Below, one piece after another: positions 36,988 to 46,609 of a stretch of 46,609 nt of DNA; the stretch's first letter is position 1, and each line of letters begins with the position of its first letter. Position numbers and translations under genes: made by a program. The DNA is taken from contig NC_068983.1 of NCBI RefSeq assembly GCF_001194135.2, forward strand, positions 50,818,272 to 50,864,880. Direction: 5' to 3'. Source of the stretch: Octopus bimaculoides. Lineage: Eukaryota. Under the pieces are notes generated by a model that was given only the letters and a program-made list of their open reading frames with translations, did no database searches and was not told where the DNA came from.

Positions 36988-39829
36988 ATATCTCTCAACA
37001 AAACATTTGAGAGATTACATGTAACTTATCAATTCAACGCAGCATCATAACATCATAGTAAGCAATAACAATATCCCTATGAATGGAATTAGACCAACTA
37101 ATATGAAAGCTAAACACAAAATGATGCAAAATAAGCAGGCGTCATAAACCTTCTATAAATCTATGGATGTATTACAACATGAGCTTATAACATACGCAGG
37201 ACATAATGTCCGTGAAATTAGCAATAGAATATAGTAGATACGATGATCGTACAGTGTTTATAGTGTCACTGAAATAATGAAAACTTGTATAAAATATACA
37301 AGAATCGACTCGAGTACAACTTTTTTATTAAATCCAAATGAAATACTAAGAAGAGTAAAAGGTTCACACACGACATCGAATTCCAGTTTAAGTAAATGAG
37401 AAAATGCAAACAAATAGAGTGTCGTAACATACGTATAAACTCACCTCTCTACGTACAATCAAGAGTATAATATTACACACCAAAAATGATCTCCAGGCGT
37501 CAACATTTGTGATACTCTTGTAGAAACAATATAGGAAATAGAAAAGGACATTCAAAACTTGGTGAAATAAGACTCAACTTCTGTACCGACAAATAAATAG
37601 CTCTCGTAAATATTATCAAGTGCGAATTGCATACCAGAAATCATACAGTCCATGACTATATTTCAACCAATTATCAACATTCGGATTGTTCAGAAGAATG
37701 CATTTGAAATGTTATTACCTAGGTAACATTCAAACAGATTTGGATTATCACATCGACCATGTTTTCCAGAAACGAAAGAAATATACATTTTAGAAAACTA
37801 AAACAGAGAAAGAATTCTACGTAACGCGTGCACACACATATATGCACCTTTGCACAGAGACACCTGTATAACTGGAATTAAAGAAGTAAGACGAACACTC
37901 CAGGCAGTGACCCACATGTATGGAGTCTCCTTACTTCAGTCTTTTCTATCACTAGGATTATCTCACTTCGTAGAAGCTAGTTGACCTCATAGCACCACAG
38001 ACTATACACACTCAACCTATTAGCATTTTCCACCTCTAACTATTTTTGTTCCTCCTATCCTTTTAGGTCACGTACTAATAACTACGACCATTGACCCGTG
38101 AGAATCTTCTCCTTGCGCAAGTCTTTCTTCCAGCTGTTGGCCTACAACAGCTTGATCGCAATGCTATATTTTTGTAGACGGAATATAGAAAAATAAGCAT
38201 GTGTGTGTACCTAAGTGTCTGCATACATAAATAGATGATATTTGTTTGGGTATCTGTTATTTATATGAGATAATAATAAATTTAATCTCTAGCTATGATG
38301 TAATACTTAACTATATTATCGCCGATTTTGTGTAGAAAATTATTGGTTAGAAAGCGAAGTCTTCAAAATCAAAATTAGTCTGTTTATCTTCGTTTGATAT
38401 TCCTGTACCAGTAGATTAAAGATAATTTCTGAATGTGACGGATGCAAATTAGATTTCAAAGTAATACCAAAAATTCAACAGATTTACGTTGAGATATTTA
38501 TTTTTCTCTCCTTGTTTCGCATTCTTTAGCAAGTAAAATCATATTCACATACGCAGTCAGCATCCACCGCCAACATAAGCAACTGTCCATCCATGCATGC
38601 GTATGAAAAGCTCTGTCAATAGATACATAAGCGTGCGCTTATGTGTGCGTATGCGCATCGGGAAGGGGATGAGGTGTGAGTTTCCATCCAACGAGAACTA
38701 TATTTCCTTGAAGTCTATATATCATTTTCATTTTGCTGTTTACCATCACGTAGTTCCTTCAAGACCATTTTCGGTGTAGGTTATAAATGGCAATGTTTCG
38801 AAATAACATACATACTTCATTAATTTCGCACGTATAAACAAGATCTCTTCGATTATAAACCATACGAACGCCTCCATTACATAACATCCTACATATTAGT
38901 AATCCTGCATCCCAATCCATTTGAATATTACATATATGTATGTGCGTGTGCCCATATATATATATATATAGGTATNNNNNNNNNNNNNNNNNNNNNNNNN
39001 NNNNNNNNNNNNNNNNNNNNNNNNNNNNNNNNNNNNNNNNNNNNNNNNNNNNNNNNNNNNNNNNNNNNNNNNNNNNNNNNNNNNNNNNNNNNNNNNNNNN
39101 NNNNNNNNNNNNNNNNNNNNNNNNNNNNNNNNNNNNNNNNNNNNNNNNNNNNNNNNNNNNNNNNNNNNNNNNNNNNNNNNNNNNNNNNNNNNNNNNNNNN
39201 NNNNNNNNNNNNNNNNNNNNNNNNNNNNNNNNNNNNNNNNNNATATATATATATATATATATACCTTCTTACTCTGCACGCACATATTAGAAACCATTAT
39301 TCATAATGATGCAATCGGCATGTGAAATTTATGCAAACATGACTGTGAGGCCAGTAGTCATCTCATGACCTTCTCTTTCATAAGTGGAAATTTCCTGTTA
39401 ATACCGAAGTATGACAGCTAGGAATGCATCCATTACAGTTATATAAGCAAACTAGATAGTTGCCAACTGCTGACAAGCGAATTATCATGCTTTGCCTGTT
39501 AAGTTAATGTCGGAAAGTTTCGAAATATATTTTGATAGATTAATACGAACATTATCAACGACTACCCGTTTCTAATTACTGCGTTGCGTCACACCAGTAC
39601 AGAATGTTTCTCTACACTATGCTATGCGAACAATAGTATGTGGCTTCTATCTCATTCGTTGCGTTTGTGATTAATATACATATAAACATATGTGTCAATG
39701 AATACATCAATAATAATAAATGCCGAAACGAACTTCGGTGTGTCAGTGTGTCACTCTTTGATCCCACTCTCTCACTGTTCAATGACACTCCTACTCCTTT
39801 TTCAGGGATGTGAGTAATAGTAGGCATAG

Positions 39830-40140
39830 GGACGGTGAGGGTGGTAGTAGATTGATGGCTGCGATGGTAATGGGAGGATAGTAATAGTATGAGTTGTAGT
39901 TCTGATAGAGGCAGAGGCGACGGTAATGGTTGTGGTGCTTGTACTGGTGGTGGTGGTGGTAACTGTGACGGTCAAGCATGACGGTGATAGTAAGGGATGC
40001 GAAAGACAGTAGTGATGGTGGTGGAGGGGAAGGCGGCGAAGTCAAAGGTATTGATGTTGGTGATGTCAGACTTCTGAATGGTGTGTGTATGGCAGTTGTG
40101 GTTGCGATGGTGGTGGTACTGGTGATGGAGATGGTTGAAA
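39830..40140. repeat. Degenerate (GGT/GAT)n low-complexity tract
   Basis: Directly visible. It explains the Thr/Pro/His-rich ORF 39791-40144. Confidence 0.75.
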
Positions 40141-40459
40141 ACAATCAACAGAAATAGAGAGAGGAAGAGGTTAGACAGAAAAATTCATACTGACCCCCTT
40201 CCCTGAATGGGAAGACAAACAAATCTTGTTTATATTGAAGCTTTGCAATAAGTTCGAAGTCGACATATTATATCATTGCTTTGATGAAAATTTTCATTGC
40301 TTGAAAAATGATGGTCAATTTTGATAAAATTAACTAGAAAAAAAGAAAATAGATTCCAAAATGATTCAAAAATAGTATTTTGGAAAAAAAATAGATTCCA
40401 AAATTTAAACAACGGCGGCAACCTAGTTGCCAACCCAATATGATGAAAAACTATTATTA

Positions 40460-40777
40460 TTAATGCTGTGAACCACTTTCACTCGCACTAGTCTGGCACA
40501 CACCATTAATTGTAGACGTGATCACTGATTCACAAACACTCGTAGACAGAATTGTGGATTTAATTTTACAAAACAAGTCTAGATTTGTTTTCTTAGAAGC
40601 TTCTTTTCGCTCTCTATTAATTTGTCGGTAACACGCAGAAGCATTTATTATGGCAGTAGTAGTAACTTTTGAACTTCGTACAAAATTCGGATTTTGTGTT
40701 TGAAGAATAAAACTCGCAAACACGGGTCTTGTAAAGTAGGTCCTCCTAAAGTGACGTATTACTGTACATATCTTATG
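40460..40777 (-). CDS. Candidate terminal coding exon of an unknown protein (105 aa + stop)
   Basis: The acceptor tttatatttttcag precedes an open frame HKICTVIRHFRRTYFTRPVFASF...SESGSQH* in non-repetitive DNA, phase-compatible with the candidate exon at 41105-41225. I recognise no homology, and ORFs of this length can occur by chance. Confidence 0.25.
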   Translation of the reverse strand, partial: HKICTVIRHFRRTYFTRPVFASFILQTQNPNFVRSSKVTTTAIINASACYRQINRERKEASKKTNLDLFCKIKSTILSTSVCESVITSTINGVCQTSASESGSQH

Positions 40778-41104
40778 CTGAAAAATATAAACGTTATTGT
40801 TTCAGCTAATGACTTTACGTTCCCTTATAAATGAGGCTGCCTTTTGTTACCCAGCTTCATTAAGTAATTATTCACAGCTAGAATGTCATACCTCTATAAA
40901 TGTGTCGTAACACCATACTTTTAGTCGTCATTAATCCTATGTTGACTGAACTCATTCGTATATCATACTATTATATATATCCGAACATCGTGTTTATTAT
41001 CTGCCGATATTAATTGACGCCGCAACGTAACTACCTTAATACCTTAAAACGATATTGCATCTAGACAGCAAACTAAATTAGAAAATTGTCAATTCAATAC
41101 ATAC

Positions 41105-41225
41105 CTGTTGCAAATAAATAGGCATTGATACGGTGAGCAATCTGATCCTGGAACAATCTAATCTATGTTCTTGTTTCCAAAACATCAATCTTTTTCCCAA
41201 GTTCCAAATCTCAGTCCAGTTAAAG
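41105..41225 (-). CDS. Candidate internal exon (121 nt)
   Basis: Acceptor tttctcttgtatctgactcag and donor CAG|GTATGT. Only one frame is open: FNWTEIWNLGKRLMFWKQEHRLDCSRIRLLTVSMPIYLQQ. Confidence 0.3.
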
Positions 41226-42870
41226 CTGAGTCAGATACAAGAGAAACTAATGCAAAGCATTAAAAACAATAGCATGCATGACAATAATTCTGTGTAGATC
41301 CCACCATTGTTGATTTATGTTTATTCCACGTTCTTTGCACAAGAATATCATATCATATAAAATAGGAAAATAACCGTGAACAACATCTAATATCATTTAT
41401 TGATTCATATAAATTATACGGCTTCATAATTTCTCTGTATATATCAAGAGATTGAAAATGTATTTTACTTTAGGTTTTCATTATAACATACATTCTAGTC
41501 ACAATTACAGTTTCAAGGTTTGTTTGTTTTTGTTTATGGTTTTGTTGTTTTGTTATAGCTTTTTAATATTCATAAAACTATAGATTGATTCTAAATGTTT
41601 CGTGTTTTTTTTATATATATTATCTGTAACATTTTCGTTTTCAACACCAGCTACTGCCTACCCACTCTCTGGTATTTATGAATATATTATGGTTTCCTAC
41701 TAATAACTGGTAATACCATACGCGTATGTCAAATTTGCTGCACTTAGATTACACCAAACACAGCACTTATGTTTAATGATATTATTTTTATATCTAGAAC
41801 TATATCGTTCACATAATCCATGCTTTTGTAATACATTAGGATAAGATATGAAGGGGTTAGGCTGCTATCTGATTCAGTCAATTGAATATGTAAAGGTTCC
41901 ATTGTTATCTTAACATTCATAATTTATTTTCATGTGTTTCATTAGATTTTCTGGCATGATATCTTCTCAAGAAAATTTTTTTTTCTGGTTACTCTCCGTC
42001 GTGTTGATTAAAAATATTCCTATAACAAATTTCAAACTCATTTCACCAGTCTATATTCTTTGGAAAGATTTACTTATGCAGGTCATACATTGTAAATGTA
42101 AGCAATGTCTCCTTATACAAAATGAAATTTATAACACACCTTTATTGTAATTGTAGATAAGTCAGTTACTTTCTCGAACACACATTCCATTTTTTCACAT
42201 TAGCGACAAGTGTGTACATGTATGCACATACGTGGTGGTAGGTACAGTGGGAGAATATTCCTCAAATTCTTAATACGCAGAAGGCATTAGATGCCGCAGA
42301 ACTAAATACGCGTCAAGTAAACAAGTAGGATGATCACGTTTGGAACGGATTCCATAATAATGTGCTAGATAAATGATGGTCCAGTATGTACGGACAATAA
42401 AACAAACACCACCCATATCTATTTCATTCATATAAGTTTTAAGATGATACAATGTTGTTTAATTCTTCTACAAACTGCTCAAGCAATTTCTATCCTCTTT
42501 CATCTATCACTCTTCTTAACCCTTATATTGTAGTATAGATTCTCAGACGCTTATATTTTATCACATACGTTTCGTTTCAATTCATTTTTTAATTATTTTT
42601 TCGTTCATTTAAAATTTACCTTCACCTGTGCTCCACACTGCATCGTTCACATAATTTCTACATCATCATTTTCACATATATCTTTTCCTTCATTTATTTC
42701 TACTTATATTAATTATACAATATCTAGTTGGTGGCTTTGCCGTGACAACATCCACCACCTTTTGGACGTCTGTACTTGTTTTATTGAAATATATATTATC
42801 TGATGTCTACAAATGAAAGTCATAAATTTTTTGTCTCGTTGCAGTGAAATATTAGGCGCATCTTCTTCCC

Positions 42871-43033
42871 CAGCATGTGTGACTGTACGGTAAAGGAGTT
42901 TGTTCCCCAACAGCATAGGTCCGCAAAGAGTTCTGATGCGCCGAACATTGGGGAAGTATCTTCTGTTATAGTTTCGGGCAGGCCAAAACCTTGTGGGTGG
43001 ATCTTGATAGACGGAAAGAAAACCGTCATGCGT

Positions 43034-43062
<29 letters not shown>
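42871..43062 (+). mobile_element. SINE family C, decayed 5' half ending in its (TG)n
   Basis: gcatgtgtgactgtacggtaaaggagtttgttccccaac...ggggaagtatcttctgttatag...ggccaaaaccttgtgggtggat...gacggaaag aligns to the family C head. Confidence 0.7.
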
Positions 43063-43064
<2 letters not shown>

Positions 43065-43434
43065 GTTGAATATTCTACTTCTCACGGCAAGTTTAATGTA
43101 TATATCATTGTCAAGGACTGTATCACTGTATTTTGATACATCTATGATAACCACATTTTAACACAACAAAGGCTACACAAGGTCTTACACTTTGCACTTT
43201 ACAGTTGAAAATCTTTTTTTTTAAAAGTGAAATCGATCGCGTCAATAAACATCTTTAAATGATCTCTGCGTTTTCAAATCCTCCGTCCTATATGTTTTCA
43301 TACGTGCGGAACCTTCCAGTTTGACTTTGTTGTACACACATACACACACATATATATATACACCTTTGAAGGAATTTGCAATATCTTTAAGGAAAGATAC
43401 GAGCACGAATAAAGTTTTGGGAGGCCTTAAAACT

Positions 43435-43468
<34 letters not shown>

Positions 43469-43847
43469 CACGCACACATATACACACATATGTATGTTGT
43501 ATGTAAATATATATATGTATGTGTGTTCATATGTTTATATGTTGTCAAGACCAATAGAACATTGTAGCATCATGTTATTACAAGATAGGTTGCAATAAGA
43601 ATTTGTTGGGAAGCTATTCACAAGAACTACGAAAGACAATCAAATTACATCTTCAATAACGTTAGATGGTGCACATATAAAAATATGTTTGAAAAAATAT
43701 GTTAACTACTTTCCAGCTCTGAAGAAATTACCTTCAATTTTAAGTAGAATATTTTATTTCAATTGGCAATTTCAATTTGATGGGAACTTTAGAAGTAATA
43801 CACTAAACAAGTTAACAATTGCTGTATCGTATTTCGTTTAAAATGCG

Positions 43848-44632
43848 GAGGCGATTAGCTGCATGGAACCTGAGAACATTCAGAACCAGAGATAAGGAAA
43901 CCATGATGATCCTCTGGAGGACATTCGTCCTCAGCCGCCTGGATTACTTCTCACAGCTGTGGTCACCCACCAGTGTGAAATTAACAGCAGATCTTGAAGC
44001 AATCCAGAGAAGATTCACAAAGAAGATTCACAAGGAAGATTGTCTCTTTGCAACTGCTCAGCTACTGGGAAAGGCTGAAACTGCCAAGACTCTACTCCCT
44101 GGAGAGAAGGCGAGAGAGGTATGCAGTAATATACATCTCGAAGATCCTGGAAGGAATTGTGCCAAATTTTGGCATTGAAAGCTACACCAATGCCAGAACA
44201 GGACGACACTGCATANNNNNNNNNNNNNNNNNNNNNNNNNNNNNNNNNNNNNNNNNNNNNNNNNNNNNNNNNNNNNNNNNNNNNNNNNNNNNNNNNNNNN
44301 NNNNNNNNNNNNNNNNNNNNNNNNNNNNNNNNNNNNNNNNNNNNNNNNNNNNNNNNNCTGCATAGTGCCAAAGATCCCAGCAATGCCATCGCGCTTCAGG
44401 ACCAGTTACTGCAACGAATTTGGTTTCAGGGGCGCAGAGCTTTTTGATATTCTCCCAAAGAGCCTGAGGAACCTACACAAAGTAGATGTAGGGTTTTTTT
44501 AAATCAAAACTGGGCCTCTTCCTGTCGAGAGTCCCAGATGCATCTACCTCGTGGCAGGAGGTTCAAATGAGGGTTGCTAAATCAAACTCCATTCTTCACC
44601 AAGTGCCACATATTGTAAGAGGCTCCCTGTAA
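43848..44632 (+). mobile_element. 5'-truncated CR1-group LINE, C-terminal ORF2 region
   Basis: LRTFRTRDKETMMILWRTFVLSRLDYFSQLWSP...LEAIQRRFT / SYWERLKLPRLYSLERRRERYAVIYISKILEGIVPN...FKSKLGLFLSRVPD...SNSILHQ...*. These are typical CR1-type C-terminal motifs. It contains an N-gap and a 13-bp frameshifting duplication. Confidence 0.9.
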
Positions 44633-45183
44633 TAACAGTATAGCAACACGGATGGGATACTGAAATACTGGCTCAGGAGAATCTGACGGTGCATATGTGT
44701 CTCTTCGGGTCATATATAGATATAAATCGTTAAAATAGCAGTTCCGCAAAATATCTTCTCATTTCGTGTAAACAAAAGCAGCAAATTAGAGGTTATTGCT
44801 TCATTTATATAGAAGATCAACAATAATAGATACAAAAGGTAACGAACACGCAATAGAGCGAGAAAAGTATGAAAAATAACACTTAATGGATATGGATGTA
44901 TAAATGCCCTCACGTAAGCTGCATGGCTCATGTACACTCGCTCATACATGCATCGCCGAAAATGTAAGCATACGCACATGTGCATGTATATATGTATGGA
45001 TGCATGTGTGTATGTCTGTGTTTGTGCGGGTCTGTGTCTGTGCGAGTGTGCGCGCGTGCGTGTATGTGTGCCAATTATAGATTTTGACAAACTTCTTCAT
45101 CCGCCATCTTCAAAAAATGTTCTATCGCATTTTTAAACAAAGAAACGTTTACATATACAATCACTATGATCTCTCTCCCCCCC

Positions 45184-45695
45184 CTCTCTCTCTCTTTATC
45201 TTTCTATCTGTCTGTGTGTCTGTCTGTATGTCTGTGTGTCTGACTGTCTTTATATGTATGTGTATTTACGTTTAAAGTTTTGACATTAGAAATATTGTTG
45301 ANNNNNNNNNNNNNNNNNNNNNNNNNNNNNNNNNNNNNNNNNNNNNNNNNNNNNNNNNNNNNNNNNNNNNNNNNNNNNNNNNNNNNNNNNNNNNNNNNNN
45401 NNNNNNNNNNNNNNNNNNNNNNNNNNNNNNNNNNNNNNNNNNNNNNNNNNNNNNNNNNNNNNNNNNNNNNNNNNNNNNNNNNNNNNNNNNNNNNNNNNNN
45501 NNNNNNNNNNNNNNNNNNNNNNNNNNNNNNNNNNNNNNNNNNNNNNNNNNNNNNNNNNNNNNNNNNNNNNNNNNNNNCTCTCTCTCTCTTTATCTTTCTA
45601 TCTGTCTGTGTGTCTGTCTGTATGTCTGTGTGTCTGACTGTCTTTATATGTATGTGTATTTACGTTTAAAGTTTTGACATTAGAAATATTGTTGA
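45184..45695. other. Identical 118-bp sequence on both sides of an N-gap (probable assembly artefact)
   Basis: 45184-45301 and 45578-45695 read identically and directly flank the gap. Confidence 0.8.
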
Positions 45696-46609
45696 TTTAT
45701 ATGAAATAGCACTGTTATACTACAACCAATTATAGGAAAGAAATATTCAACTTATATACGTAGTTCCTTTACAACACGTCAAATGTTGTCTACATGTTGT
45801 TTCTATCCGTTTGAATCCTCACTGCTGATAGTTTATTTGTACACATATGTTTTGGGTTATGATGTTTTAAATTCCTTCAAAATATTTTCATTTCTGAAAA
45901 TAACTTCTCAATCAAATAATTTGACTGTTACTAAATATCTATCATTCTGCATTGGGTATTTCTCTGTCTTCTGCCTATATCTATGCTTATGCTTCTTTAA
46001 ATACACATATATACATTGAACCTGGCGATTCAACGTTTCGGACAGTATCTTTCATCATGGAACATTTTTCGATGGAAGGAGATGAATCATAGAAAGAAAA
46101 GGTTTACGTCTTTTAGGTAAAAGAAATGCAATTGTAATACCTGTATCAGACAAATATTTAAACTATCGACCTCACGTTATTGTTACACCACTTACAGTAC
46201 TCAATGTAAACGTGACTTAAAGAGGCACATGAGTATCTACAAAGAAATGGTTATGAATACATGCATTCATACATACATGCGTAAATTCTTACCATCACAT
46301 CGTGTGTCGGTTTGAACGAACGGCGCACATAACTGAATGCAAGGCTTGATCGTGTTTTCATATGTTACGCTAAATCACAGAATTTACGTAACCCTAAAAC
46401 TTACGCAACCATAGACTTAACGTGTTTTCAATTTTTCTAAAATATAACAGCCGCGTCAGAATGTTTAGATCTTAAGCGTAAAATAGGCATCGTATTGGAT
46501 TACTAGGTCTCTCCGAATTAAATTGCTTCGCAAGTGACAAGATAGGCTGAGTATACGCCATAATACGTCCAAAAAAGAAATCAGAAACTATATTCTTAAT
46601 ATATATATA

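Noticed and set aside
45184-45695. 118-bp direct repeat that might be an LTR or a tandem unit
   Set aside because: The copies are identical and directly flank an N-gap, the usual signature of overlapping contig ends. Long reads are needed before treating it as real.
46196-46236. 41-nt minus-strand candidate exon with strong splice signals
   Set aside because: Joining it to the nearest phase-1 candidate exon (42268) creates a TAA. It also overlaps the plus-strand zinc-finger-like relic.

Overview
This is AT-rich eukaryotic (metazoan) genomic DNA. It is almost certainly from an octopus or other coleoid cephalopod, inferred from the SINE types, the extreme microsatellite density and the N-gaps that nearly always sit on microsatellites. 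I found no intact, recognisable host gene, rRNA, tRNA or CRISPR array. Most ORFs in the supplied track are artefacts of microsatellites, N-gaps or SINEs. The supportable content is a transposon graveyard. DNA transposons: an N-terminal Chapaev3-like (CMC) transposase fragment (~5300-5930, -), an internally deleted DD37D (maT-type) mariner (~11652-12490, +), a near full-length Tc1-family copy most like DD38E/Intruder (~12530-13860, -) and a probable hAT MITE. LINEs: an R4/Dong-like restriction-like-endonuclease 3' end (~1826-2262, -), a possible RTE 5' remnant, a decayed RT (~29720-30600, -) and a CR1-group 3' end (~43848-44632, +). There are four SINE families (called A-D here) in many copies that share modules. 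Other structures are a nested foldback with a 75-bp-arm hairpin (27225-27708), an 86-bp tandem duplication and several weak candidate exons, the best being a phase-compatible minus-strand chain at 40460-42657. I see no firm evidence for a new biological system. The best leads are the foldback, the DD38E and Chapaev3 elements, the SINE modularity and the candidate spliced ORF. All family assignments come from hand translation and remembered motifs, with no database search.
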